DNA of 64,000 nt, from NCBI RefSeq assembly GCF_964204645.1, contig NC_134026.1, positions 4,487,950 to 4,551,949 of the forward strand, given 5' to 3'. Positions 1-13,548 of this stretch are shown piece after piece (positions within the stretch are counted from its first letter, which is position 1; each line of letters starts with the position of its first letter). The notes below the pieces were generated by a model that saw only the letters and a program-made list of their open reading frames with translations, searched no databases and had not been told where the DNA came from. A program made the translations under genes and the position numbers. The DNA comes from Tubulanus polymorphus (lineage: Eukaryota > Animalia > Nemertea).

Positions 1-3000
1 TGTGTTGCACTGAATGAATTCATTTCGATGAAATCCCAGCCGTGATGAATGTACTGCGAAAAATATTCGTGACATCCAATTTCCGCCTGATTCACTTCAA
101 TTTTTAATTGTTGATTTTCCGTGCTCAGCTTCGTAGATGCGTGAAAATGAAATAATTCATAAATCCGCGCCTTCAAGCTGCCATCTGAATGAATAACTGA
201 AATTTTCAATACTCCTTAGATTAACGAGGATAAGGAAAAGAATTTGAAATTTGCAATACCCACTTCTAATTACCTTTCCTAACATCGATTGCGGGTGTGG
301 CAAAAATTTCATTTCTCATTGTAGCGTAAGAAAATATCTACAAATGTTGTCGTGTTTCTTGTCAGGAAATGCGAATTGTCTCTTTTTCGATTGCAAATAT
401 ACCGGGTGTACCGGGCGCACTGTTCAGTAATGTTTAAATCGCTAATGTTCTGTCGTCGAGCAAACGGATGTCGAAACATGTCGGTCGAAGAAAAACACCT
501 GCCCCCGAACGTATCAAGACGAAATAAACTCTATAGCTGCCGCAAGAGAACGATAATATCTCCTAATGGACCACAACTAGAAATCAAGAAGCTGTGCAAA
601 CACGGTTGAGTATGAGCTTTTATGTTCTTTATCGCAAATTTACCGTTAAGAAGGACCCGCGTATACACCGTACCAACGGCCATTTTTGGTACGTATATTG
701 GCTCTAGTCATACGCGTCTAATATGAAATCGTTCGACGCTGTTTTCACGATACTACAAAAGCCATCTGTCAAAACGACCCCTAATCTATTACCTTTAGCG
801 GAAGGCGGTGAAATCGGTAACAATGACGGGGTTGCAGTTAGACTTTAAACGGAATGAACGGATGCGAACGGTAGCTATTTATATTGACTTGTCCGACGCA
901 CTAACGAGCCGAGAGAGACGCTTGGTCCTATTTAAAGGTCACGTTTCAATACATACCATAATCGAGAACCTGGAAACGGAAATTCGAGAGCATTTAATGC
1001 TTCATATTGAATATTACACAACGTTACGGAGACTAATGAAACTTATTGATACTTTTACAAGAAATGACTGAGTATACGACCGATTCAAGTAGGCTATACT
1101 GCATAAATGTCACAAAAAGATGTACGTATTATCGACGGAGCCATTTACGATCGAAGGATCATCCTCCCACGCGGGATTGGAACATGGCCAAAGTTTCAAG
1201 TCCCCGCGAGGGAGGATGGAAGAGATTAAAGCTTAATCCAGAAATGCTTATCTAAGAATTCCTTCGGGGTATTGATACAATGAGGGATCGGGAAAAAGAA
1301 CAGCTACCGTATACGTAAGAACGTGTGAGATCCTCTGGAAAGAAAATTATTTAATAAGTCGTATATTCGTCGTAAAATTAGTTTGTTTATGATGCGATTT
1401 GGGTTAACGACGATTTTACGACGGCTAAATGGCAGTACATTTTGTAGCAATTTGTAAAAGTGAAAACCGTGAGAAATGGCGAATACTATATTGGATGCAT
1501 GGTTCATCAGAGTGTGTCTTCATTTTATAACCCCCCTGAGAATGTATTTGTGATTGGATTGCGCAACTCGTAATAAATCACCCTTTTTTCGTGTTTCCAT
1601 GTAGTTGGTGCACTACGTACATGATTTTTCCTTTGTGATATACGTAACTTCTATCAAATACGAAACAACGAAATTAATAGTTTTTTTAAGGATTTTATCT
1701 ATACGTCAGATACTACATTGTAATTGGTTCAAATGACCTTAGTCCTTTAGGGTATTCATTTTTATGTAGGTACATGTATAATATATTCTTCAAACAGTAA
1801 TTTGTAAGACACTAAACCCATAAACCACTGATCGTTTTAGCCCTGGGACTGCTAGAAGTGATGCCAATATAATGGCAACACGTAATAGGTGGAACTTATA
1901 CGCATTAAACAGAACAATTACAAATTCATTAGTGAATGAATGGGGCACAACAAATAAACTAACGCGAGCGAAAATCAATAGAAGAAAACCACAAAATAGG
2001 TCTTCAAATGTGCTTAATTTTACGAAGTATACGAAAGAAACCAAGCTATTGTAGCTGCAATAAATAAGTCAAGATTTCAAGATCATAGGAAACACCTACA
2101 TATCGCAAATTGTCGTGCTCCCAAACAAGTAATGCATCTATTCTATATGGTGATAGCTATATGGGCTTCGCTACGCAAGTCAATGAAAAACAGCGGATGA
2201 CGTTATTTGAAAAGAAAACACTACGCTGACTTCAGTATTTTTCGATGATGAGAAATGAAACCTTAGATGCACGAAATGATATTTGAGCTGAATACAGATC
2301 AAGTATATTCAGAGAATGAGAAGATGTGATTTGCGCCGCAGTATAACCGTTGATTTCAAAACAAGGCGAGAAGACTGCGTTGGGATTGGCATTCTAGATG
2401 ACAGCACCGACCAGTCGTTTAAGGTTCGCGAAGTGTTGCTAAAAACGACGGATGCGATAATAAAATCAATGCCAAAGTGTTTAAAATCGGTTAATATTTG
2501 AAACGGCAATAATTCCATCGCTCGTGTTGATAGAGCCGTATATACGGTCAACGGATGAAATTCCAGCGGAAAAAATGCCAATTTTTGCACCGTAGGAACC
2601 AACAGGAACGATAGAAAGTAAATTGAATATTAAAATTCAAGTTAAACTACAATGATTATCAAGAACTTCAATCTACGACAATTGTTTGCTGTAATCTAGC
2701 TTGAGAGCAATTTATTCCTCCTCGCTTATAGTTTCGATTCCGTGTTTCACGTCTATGATGACAGAAGATGAAGAGATAGCTGTTCAACGTTGCAGATATC
2801 TGAAACAGCCATACTATCCGACTGCACAAATTGTGACAAGAAGTAAAATTATGTTCTATTACTAGTTTGAATGAAATTCGTATCAGTAGTAGTGAATCAT
2901 ACCTGCATGGAAGACAGAAAGTTCAAAAATAAACTAGTTGTTCATTTTGAATTGATAAAAAAACATTGGTTGAATTTTTTCTTATTTTTTCCTACTATCA

Positions 3001-6000
3001 TTTTCTCCAGAGGCATTTCTTCCAATGGCATTTTCCGATCGATTCCTGTTTATTGTAGGTCACACGTTTTTGGCGGTTAACGCTGCGGCCGGCACCATCC
3101 AATAACACCAGGTCGAGTATAGGTTCTATTCGTCGACCTCGTTTCGTCGCGGGGATAATGGTCGGTCGTCGGCGATCCATAAGTGAATTTCTGATTATCG
3201 GTACTGTTTTACATGGAACTACTACGATGTGTCCACCGGGACCAAATATACGAGTAACCATCGTTTATTGTAGATGTACAATGCCAATATAGTCATGTTA
3301 TGGTGCGGCAGTTCCCATGCGACCTTTTGACATCTACTTTTTGCCGCGCTCGTAAATCGGTCAAACATGCCTCAGCTTTTCCGAAAAACCAATCTGAACT
3401 CTGCGACAATATCAATATGATAGTACCGAAAAGGCTAGATATTGTCAAATTGTCAAATGAGGAACTTTACTGGTATTTGTTTTTATTTACAATGATATGG
3501 CGTAGGTATGTGGCAGTTTTTGATTGTGTATGGTACAGAAAACATGATTGTTTTACAGTGACCACAACCAGTGCGGTTGCAAAAAAGGATCGGTGCACAA
3601 CTGACGTAAATCGTACGTATGCAAATTTGACATGGAACATATAGGTGCGGCGTTCGAGAGACCTCACTCAAACTTCATCCCATTTAAGACCAATCCCATG
3701 CTTGTTATTTATTGGCGAAAGGTTGAAATGTAACTAGTATCGGCAGTACTACTTATGATTGCAATAGCTTTCTCTCCCGGCCCGTAATCTGACTATCGAC
3801 CACCCAATACCACCCAATATCCTGACAAATGCGATTTTGATGGTGATCACAAATGCGATAATGTACCCAATTTATGCCCAATGTTCTCCTGTAAGTTCGG
3901 ATTTGCGAGTCATTTGCTGCCCGAAATCGCAATGAGCCATTATCATCATCATCATGATGATCATCATCATCAGTAATGGAACAAACGTGGGGACAACTAT
4001 CCGGCTAAGAATCCAAATTTTTTGTGGACATATTATCCGAAATTATCGGTGTCAGGTAAAGCATTCTAGATCGTGTTTTTATACACGAAATTGATAACCT
4101 CGTGAATATGAGTTAGGTAAAATTGATCGCGCGATTACTGGGTCTTCCCATAAACAAAGGTCAAGGGGATTAAGAATGTTCATGCATTTGTTATGATCTG
4201 ATTCTGTTTAGCGAGTGAAAAATGTTACCGGCTTGGCCTGTCGTCTCGTGCAGCACTTTATCCGATATAATCCTAGTAACTTTTCGATTGGTAATGGCAG
4301 TTTTGTCAGAGAAGAGCAGTTCATTGTCTAGTTATTTTGACCTGAATGGCCGAATAGGTATAACAAACTTAGTCATAAAAATGATTATAATAATGTTTAT
4401 TTACATTTACATGTAGCGTCATTCTCATCACAGACTCGTGCCGTTTTAGATAAAACAGAATTAAACAATAAGATTGTAATATAAAACAATACAGAGGCAT
4501 TACTACATTTCAATTACAGGTTTCATTAAAGGAGTTTTCAGCCTCTTCTTACAAACTATTAGGTCCTCACCGCTATCTGGAATAAAAAGTCGACGGTGGA
4601 TAAAACGGCAACTTCTCGAGCGGAAACCTCGAGTGAGAGGTCGCCAAAAAGGATGAAGAAAAAACTTTGTTATGATTAAAAGTTCTTTTCAAGTTGTGCT
4701 TTACAAGAAACATTACCTAGCTCCTTTTAACATGATCATGACCAAACGTCCTTGGGTCACATCAATGATGGCCGCTGGTTGTTAATGTTGCTATTCGCTT
4801 CGATTCAACAAAAATTCCGACTCGTTGGCGAAAGACATGATAGGTAATATAATGGTGACGCTGAACCATTTCCCACGAGTATCGGAATTCTGCAACATGG
4901 CGATAAACTCGATGTCAAAGTTCGCCTCATTCATCACTCGTTGACCAGATAAAAACTGCCGCGGGTTGTCGACCTCCATTTACGTATGCTTAAGTCTATG
5001 TCCAATATCGGTTACATTGTCACCGTCACATTTTATGTTCAGAACTACTCTCTAGGCATTTCCATTTTCTTAATCTAACCGATACAGGACAACCTACCGG
5101 AATCGGGCAATAAAAGGGGATCTACATGTAGTACTTTTAGTCGTAAAACTGAACTCAACTTGTTCAAGGATATGTTTACTATTAATTCCCTTCGTATGCA
5201 CCACATGACCTAATACGAGGGGATTCGATGATACAAGGAACTCTGAAAGGAAATGAAAAAAATGAAGTAATCATTTATGAAAATAGAAAAATGAAGAATC
5301 AGATGATAATATTATTTGCTTGAAACATTTCATTTTCTAATTCATTTGGATGATGACTTCATAAGGAGTCGAAGAACCTCGTAAACTGAAGAGTCACCAG
5401 AACTGGCTTTCTTGGTTCTAGTCTCTGGTACACGTGTATCATTCATCGGTCCTATTGTATACACGTTTGTCAACGTCATAATGTTTACTTACCGTCGCAT
5501 CTACTAGAATCTGAAATCGCTCGCCGAAACGGGTGAATGGTGATCATTAAGATCACAGAATAAATTCCATTAGAAATCACGGTTCTAGATTTTTTACGTT
5601 TTCTTGTGCGGAATTAAGCATTCACGCCACGAAATATCAACATTCAACTTCGATTTGATGCGATTAAGGTTATATTTATATTCTACACTGATGTATTTTG
5701 ATAACGATTGCGAGTGAACGTAGAGTTGAAATGAAGTTGATTTTCAAGCACGCTTGTCGACTTTACCGATGCACTGGGGGAATACAAATTTGAAGTCTTT
5801 CTATGGGCCGGTCATAAATGCAACAATTTGATTTCAGAATATAAAGGAAATTGGACACTGTGTGACCAAATGTCGAGTAATTTAATTCTGATTAAACTTG
5901 ATATTTCAAATTTGAATTGACGACTTTATAATGAACGGTAGATCCTGCGATGAAAAATTTCGATAAATCTTCGCCGCAAAAGATGAAAGCTAAATCGAAG

Positions 6001-6798
6001 TTGACTTGGCGAAACGACACGGCATTTGATTTTTCTCTCTCAACCGGCGCCCTTATCTCGTGACTCGGCTGAGCATTAAATCTCGGCGAAGCGCCTGATA
6101 ATCTCGCATTTGTATGGATGATCATGATTTCAAAACCGCCTTTTTAGAATCCGTGTGGCGAAATTTGTCTTTTGTAAACATATAGGGCCTATACGATGCA
6201 TTACATGGAGATTGAAGGAAGAACAAAACGGTTTTCCAAATTACATATTTCGACGAGAAATCGATGCGTAAAATGAGAAAGGTTGCGGAATTGTCCGCAC
6301 TAGTGTCTGTTAACTTGAAACCGTTCGCCATCTATGATTGTTCCATATTCGTTCAGTCTCGTCAATCTCCGCGATCGCAGGACAAAAAATGCGGCGTCGA
6401 CGTTCGACAAACTTGTGTGTATAATTTGTCAAATTGACAATTAGAAAACGAGTATTTTCGTAAGGTATCTCGTGGGAACAGCTGGTTCCTCATCATAACT
6501 ATCTATGTCAGACAGTTCAATCGTCCATTTAATACTGAATTTACCGTAATAGAGTTTCTTATATAAGCTTAATAGTATGTGTCGGTACCTGGTGTTGCGA
6601 TGGGTATGGATGCTGTGGTGGATGCTTTGGATAAATAGCAATTCATTCTTACCAAACATCGACATCAAAAACATGCGATTTACCGTCGCGGTCAGTGTCG
6701 TAATTAAGCATTAGGCAAGCGCCGTTTGATGATGCCGGTATCATATGGTATATTACCCGCATGGCACAATAGAAATATCGATCTATGTGATAAGTTAA

Positions 6799-6940
6799 CC
6801 GTTAAGTGCTGCCTCTATACATATCATTGACGGCGATTATGTGAACAAACTTATTCTCGCATGCCACAGTGGGAATATTGTTCAATTAAGTTAGTTCGCA
6901 TGTGCTACGCCAATGATATATTCAGGGGCAGCACTTGACG
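6799..6940. mobile_element. piggyBac-like MITE, family A copy 1
   Basis: TTAA-CCGTTAAGTGCTGCC ... GGCAGCACTTGACGG-TCAA terminal inverted repeats; internal sequence homologous to the 21253-21419 copy. Confidence 0.65.
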
Positions 6941-7661
6941 GTCAAAATTTGGCGACGGACCCAGGGAAAAAATCTCAAACTCCAAAAACTGTAAAACATT
7001 TTGTAAATAAGAATGTAGATTTGTTTTTGCTTATTGAAAAACTTCATTTTCTCTTATAATTATAATGCTATGATACTGTTTAGGATTTTTAGATGTTATT
7101 AGAATGACGACGGTGCCTCTGGGGCGTTGAATGAACGAAGAGATTGCTTAGTTTTCAGGGCAAAGGTTTTTGCTCTGCATAAGACAAAATACAGATGAAC
7201 CAAATTTTCTATAAAACGTTGTTAATTTTTTTTCTCGGAAACAGTGTAACCTGAAAAATACCATTGTGTAACCCGGACCCGGTTTGTTTCTTATTTCAAA
7301 GTTTCCAACATTACTTCATCCCGATCATGAATCTCAGAGGTTAACAACAGAAATGAAATAGAAAACGATACTTTTATTCTTGTGTTTCGTTTCAATACAT
7401 TTTCAACCAAATAGAAAATCATTTTTCATATCGTGCAAATGTAAACATCGATGATACTATATGTATTTGTTTTATTCTAATCGTTATACAAACATTGAAA
7501 TCGGTCGGTGACTATCTGTCGTGAAAATGACATATGTTTTGAGCACAACGTTAAAATTATCTAGGATAGCAGAGGTCGGAGCATTTTCCAGTGCACTGTC
7601 CTATCAATTGATTATATCTTTTGAACTACTGTTTTGAAATATCGCTCGGTTGAAGATGAAT

Positions 7662-9051
7662 TCAAATCGACAAGGTAGAAGATGATACATAGTCGTATGG
7701 ATTATCAGTGGTTGGTGGTATCGTGTCGCGATCTTCTTCTGGTAGAAAAAACCGTTGCTTGTTTTTTAACATTTCCCTAAAAATGAATGAATATATATAA
7801 ATTCTATCCACCGTCGAAACAGATATCGACCCACTCATTCTCGAAACGCTGTATATACTTCGTTTTACCTTTTGAACCAGGGTCTACTGTAAGTTTTCAC
7901 CGCCATTTCACGCATTAGTCTCATGTGAACCCAACACTACAAATCAAAATTATTTTCTATTGATCAAAAAATGATATAATTACTGAATATGATCAGCTAC
8001 GACCTAACAGAATTCAGTATAAACCTTCGTAACTTTGGCCAACTGGAACTGTAACTTTAGGGCCATTTGTTTCGATTCTTCGGAGATATTTGCATTTTCC
8101 ATGAAAGCTTTGACCCGGGATTCACTGACGATCAGACGAAAGTCTTCTAGTTCTGGCGCGATGGAAATAGATAGTGGCAATTTCTCGCGAGCTTGGACGT
8201 TTTTGTTGGCCTCCTGTGTTTCATTTGCGCTCTCATCAATAAAGGAATTGGCAGGGGCCTTGCTCTCACCAGCTGCGCCATTTTTCTTAACGAAACCTAA
8301 TTCAACTATATCAAACGGATATTACGTGTCAATACGGAATGAAATTTCAAGTATATTAAAAAAGTATTTCACGTCAGAGTGATTGAAATGAAACAAATCT
8401 ATAGGCTCTCTTACCCTGATATACGAAGCTCATGAAATTTGTCAGAACAATATTCAGGGATATATTTAGCAATAAAATCAGCTCCATCAATATCAACTTT
8501 GAGCAACCCAGATCCCATCGATTATGAAAAATAACTGGATTCGTAGATGTTGTGAGATCCTTATCGTCCAATACATCAAACTTAGTCGAATCAGGGAAAT
8601 TATCAGTATCATTTTGAGTCAAAGCGCATGCACCCGAAAAACAGACACTGGAAGGTAAGAAACGGAACAAATGTCAATCCTAAACAATAAGAATGAAAAA
8701 TATTTCATTCATTTCGATAACGTACTTCTGGAAGCGATTATCTGCTGTTGATATTTCATCTCCATCAGATCGATGTAAAATTGTAAGGATTTCTATCGCG
8801 CACGCGAATAAGCTGTTCAAGAAACTGAAAAGAGATTTTACGTAGGCCTACTAAAAGAGATTTCATAGTGTGTCAACAAATCCGGTCGTTTCTTTATGTT
8901 TCGGGCTTGATATTCAAAGACACTAAGAAATCACATGAAATTATAGGCCTTTAGAGATCGGTCTGTTCACTTACAAAACTCACACTCACGTGTATCCACG
9001 TGCTGTCAACAAAATAAAAGAACAAATTGCGAAAAACCGTAACGAAAACAT
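7662..9051 (-). CDS. Orphan predicted type I membrane protein, 6 exons (9051-8990, 8824-8726, 8647-8415, 8296-8025, 7936-7869, 7776-7662), ~282 aa
   Basis: All introns GT-AG and phase-consistent (849 nt). Translation: MFSLRFFAICSFILLTARG (signal-peptide-like), short ectodomain, hydrophobic LILMELILLLNISLNIVLTNFMSFVY, then tail ...DNPYDYVSSSTLSI*. Only exon 3 appears in the ORF track. Confidence 0.7.
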
Positions 9052-9719
9052 CACTGAATCATCATAATCAAATCACAGCATCGCAAATTCTATGACCACA
9101 TTCCACGAAATATGAATTCTTATGACGTCTTGTTGCCAAGGCGAAATTTGATTTCCCTGGCGACCGTAAATCTACATAGGCCTACACGCTGTCCAACTAT
9201 TTTCAGTATCCAAAGAACATATAAAAAACCCAATTGATGAATTATCAAATAGATATTTGTTTGATTCGAATTTCGAGTGTACTTTTTGTAATTTCATTGG
9301 ATTTATATATCTGTTAGACACACTGCCACGGGAAGTTGTCAAATGTAGTTTTTTCAGCCTAGAAATGTTGATGGTGCTGATGACTTCGGTAATAATGTCG
9401 TTTATAATTTCTGCAAGCTCAATGGTCGGCTGTCTCCAGGGATAGCTGATAAGGGACATCTAAAACAATTGGTTGTTGGTTTTCTTGAAAAATATTCCGA
9501 CACGTCTTTGCTCTTGCGTAGGTCGGCCTCGGGACGGCTTGCGACTCACTGCGACACGATTGACTGCGACCGCTTGAATCGTCGCGTCGCACGCAATGCA
9601 CACCTAACGCTTTGGAATGGTCATTACAAATCTATTTGAAAAATATGCAGTATATGATCTTTGTATGAATTTATTTGCACACGACTAAACCAAAATATAC
9701 ATGTTTGATAGAATGCAGC

Positions 9720-10433
9720 TTATTCTTGCCAAACATCCATATCAAATACACGATATCCACTGTTGCGATCGGATTCGTAGCTGAGCAGTAGGTAAGCACC
9801 ATCCGTTGTGGTTTTGAATGGAGCGCCGTTAACCGATTGAGGGTTGTGTCTGGCCTGTTCATCGTAATCGTACCCAGTGTACTGGTACTTAGCTAGGGGC
9901 GCGTACAGTTTGGTTGGATCGTTGTACGACACCACGCTGAAGTAATGATCACCTTGAAATAAGGCTCTCGTAACGACTTGCTTTATTGTGAATCCCAATT
10001 TCTGAAAATCAAAATTATACAAAATCGGATTATTGGTTAGACTATAATATTTACGGATATATACCTTTTGCGGGAAATGTAAATCACATTATCGAAATCT
10101 TGGACATGAAATATATATGGAATGATGATGATGAAGATGTATCAGACTTAGCTATTGCTTACTTTGCTCTTATCGGCAGCTTCAACAATGACGGAACAAG
10201 GTGATCGTCCACCTTCGTACCGGATAGCGACGGGTGTAGATGAACTGATGGTGATGCGGTCAGCATCATTATCCTCCTTAAAACACCCTCTTATGGCGTA
10301 GCATCCTGCGGTGATTCATATAGAAATCATCATGACTATTATAGGGTTGAATTTACTTCAACAGAATTTTATTCATTTGACATTTCTATTTACCTGCGAT
10401 GCACAGGGCGAATACAACAGTTTCCCGGATCAT
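9720..10433 (-). CDS. Small secreted protein, possibly CUB-like, 3 exons (10433-10394, 10305-10163, 10001-9720), 154 aa
   Basis: Kozak context CGCCACCATG; signal peptide MIRETVVFALCIAGCYA; phase-consistent GT-AG introns (465 nt). Pattern C...CSVIVEA...KLGFTIK resembles CUB strands (fold is inference). Confidence 0.75.
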
Positions 10434-11764
10434 GGTGGCGATATAGTCACTAAGAAGCAGCTAAAAAATCATCTGTGATTTATACGTTTTTCATTGTTTA
10501 CAGAAGAGTTTTATCTCTTTCAAATATATTTTATCTCTGATATGCGGCCTCGGGACGGGAAGCTATCGCAGTAAATTTCACATCGCTGCATTATTCTTAA
10601 CTCGCGATGATATCGATAACTTTGTTGTGAATGAGAGCTCTTTGATCTCCAAACATCTACGCGTCGAGTGCAATTCTAAGCATTTAGGCAATTAAAGAGA
10701 TCATTTATCATAATTGTCGAAGTACTATCGTCTTCGTTCACATTATTTCTGCATATATCTCTTTTTATGATATGTACATGGTAAATATCACTATCGGTCC
10801 TGGCTATCTCTCGCGAAAGTGGCATATGTTTTGGCACAATCATTTTAACGTTAGATTATGATTGTGACAGTATGGAAAAATAGACGGAAACTCTCCAGTC
10901 TAGTCCATCCTACCGCCGGTATATTCTGTGCCACTAAGTCCGGTCGTGGCAGTTTGCATCTAAAATCGTTTGAGTAGTAGCGAAGCTACACTATAGGGGC
11001 GATAGATAAATTCATATCCGCATCAGACAGAGCAAACGGAAATATAGATCCTCTCAGTTGGATTCTATAAATTTGGGATGATAAAATTGTTCCTATACAA
11101 CTTATATTCTCAAATTCAACATAGACTTTATGCAACTCATCAGGATCTAGTACAGTACCACGGTTATCGAAAAGGTGTCGCAGATTGGTTATACCGTATT
11201 GTGTGTACTCTGTTAAATCAGTCATCTTGCTGAGCTTGATCCTTTTTTTATCTTCTAAGGGATTTATATACATCTAGACCTATTTTGATGAATTTAGCCA
11301 AATTTAAAGTTGGATTTTTTAAAACATCCAAGTTCCGAAAGGTATTTATATCTAAGTAGTTTTCACGGGATTCGGTTAGCAAATTTCAATCGAAAAATGT
11401 AGCTGCATAGCAGCGATAACGGGTTTCTGTCTAATTGGTTCATATGTCGAACTGGGAAGCGTACGAAGATTTCATCGCAATAATTCTAGCCCATATCATA
11501 TGACTATTGCCAAGAAGCGCAACCTGGGTCAACATTATACTGGATATGTGGATATTAAGAGTCCATTTGTCAAAGCATCGAAGCAATCGGTTTATTGCGT
11601 CATAAACCGGTTTTACCGTAGTGTGAATAAATGCGACAGAACGAAAACGCAGAAATTTCCTTATTCGGCCATGTCGGGGTTTGATGTTGCAACGCTCTCA
11701 AAGCGGTTTACTGAACAAATGCGAATTTCCTACACACCGAAACCGATTTCAAACCTTGCCTTTT

Positions 11765-12081
11765 CATCTTCACCCGTCAAGGGATTCGAACCCACTACGC
11801 TAAAGCTGTTCCCCGAACCCCTTGACCTCACGAGTCGTTACTAGCCGACCAGAATCCGGTCGTACCAATCACAGCGCTTGTAACAATCCGTCAGTAGACT
11901 TCTGTTGGTTTCCCGTTAAATCAACCAATCAGCGAACGTTTTACCGAACAAGGAAGTATTTCGCAAATCGATATATGACGTCACGCGCAACAGCGCCAGT
12001 AATGAAATTACGCTTCGTGAGGCCAGGGGGCTGGTGGAAGCGAGTTCGGGAGTGATACCGGACCCCTGGCAAGCAAGGATG
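11765..12081. mobile_element. 317-bp non-autonomous TIR element (CATC-end family)
   Basis: Imperfect 19-bp TIRs CATCTTCACCCGTCAAGGG / CCCCTGGCAAGCAAGGATG; flanks tgcctttt / agcctttt (8-bp TSD, 1 mismatch); both ends recur inverted at 21072-21175. Confidence 0.75.
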
Positions 12082-12747
12082 AGCCTTTTGGGTTTTCGGT
12101 GCAGTATTGGACAGGCAACCAGTCTAACTGTCCAATCAGACATACAAACGAGCCTCCACCCACATTCAATGAATGGGTTCCGGGCCGCATCCCCACGTGA
12201 CGATTCGTTCGCCACACACGTGTTCGGGAGGATGCGAAAGCGATAAATGACAAAACTGGTCTACGGCGACGGAATAGTGGTTTGAATGGCGTTAAGAGAT
12301 AATTACAACTGAAGTTGTCGCTTTAACCAGTTTTATCATTACGTTAACATTCCAAAATCTAGATCCGGGTTTCGGATATGGAAGATTGACAATCGAGGAT
12401 TTGGACAAGTTTAGTGAAATAATGATTTAAACAAAGTTTCAAATAAGCGATTTTAGACTTAAGTTCATCCAAACATAAACATAAAACTCTGTTCTATGGT
12501 CTAAAATTACAATGGATAACATCGGATCCAGAATTTTGGAGGGAGTTGACATAAAAAAAACTTGAGCGGATCACGTGATTGAATCACCACAGATCGCGCT
12601 GAATAAACAACACAACACAATAATAAATACATTTATTCAGGTTTACAAAATAGATTCTGGGATTTCAGTTTCTGTGAACATCAATGACAACCACGTTTTG
12701 ATTGATGACAGTTAAAATATGAGTTTTTATTATAGAGATGAGATAGA

Positions 12748-12833
12748 AGTGATTGTGTAAGAGGTTTAGAGGTGATTGTGCAAGAGTTTTAGAGGTGATT
12801 GTGCAAGAGTTTTAGAGGTGATTGTGCAAGAGA
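12748..12833. repeat. ~23-bp tandem repeat (tgcaagagttttagaggtgattg), about 4 copies
   Basis: Directly visible tandem copies. Confidence 0.9.
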
Positions 12834-13241
12834 TTTTATCAAAACATGGCTGTAACTGATAGGATTAAAGAACAGCGACTGTTCTCAAGTTCATTCACAA
12901 ACAGAAAATCAATCATACAATTATGCTGGCAATCTGTAATCGCTGGCCATTGGTCATTTCTGGTCATCTGGCAATTGGTCATCCCTGGTAGTTGGTAAAT
13001 TAGGAGATGACCAATTACCAGAAGACCAGGGATGACCAAAGGTTAAAACAAAATGTAGAATCATTAACGATACAAGCTGGTCAGCCAATCTAGTCGGGTA
13101 AGATGCAGCTCCAAACTCAAACAGTTACTGAGAAGCCAAAACCGAGGTGAACTAAAGTCCCAACGTCACCAGACCTCCTTAAGAGCGGGCAATCTGTGAT
13201 TGCAGGAGGACTGATTGCCTCCTCAGGATGCACACTGCTAC

Positions 13242-13465
13242 TGAGGAAGAGGCAGAACTAGATGATGATGATGAGGAGGCAGAACTAGATAATGATGAGG
13301 ATGCAGAACTAGATGATGATGAGGAGGATGCAGAACTAGATGATGATGAGGAGGAGGAGGCAGAACTAGATGATGATGATAATGAGGAGGAGGCAGAACT
13401 AGATAATGATGATGATGAGGAGGAGGCAGAACTAGATGATGATGATAATGAGGAGGCAGAACTAG
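13242..13465. repeat. GAG/GAT-rich minisatellite (gaggcagaactagatgatgat unit), left part
   Basis: Tandem units of variable length; the array resumes at 14405 after an inserted element. Confidence 0.9.
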
Positions 13466-13548
13466 TGCAGGTGTCAATGAATGACCTGAACCCCCGGGTG
13501 AGGCATTCGATTATTTCTATTTTCAAAACGACAGGCATATGACAAGGA

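Noticed and set aside
352-3671. Numerous short ORFs, including a Cys-rich 62-aa frame at 3483-3671
   Set aside because: No recognisable motif, and I could not build a phase-consistent exon chain.
5342-5798. Apparent three-exon minus-strand chain (KDFKFVFPQCIDSSRCDGPMND...SSK*)
   Set aside because: Needs a 41-nt intron, shorter than introns in the confident genes here, and no start exon was found.
9524-10559. 14-bp direct repeat cggcctcgggacgg flanking the small secreted gene
   Set aside because: No TIRs or other transposition hallmarks; too short to support gene capture.
11765-11835. tRNA gene on the minus strand
   Set aside because: T-loop-like motif present but no proper D or anticodon arms; it is part of a TIR element.
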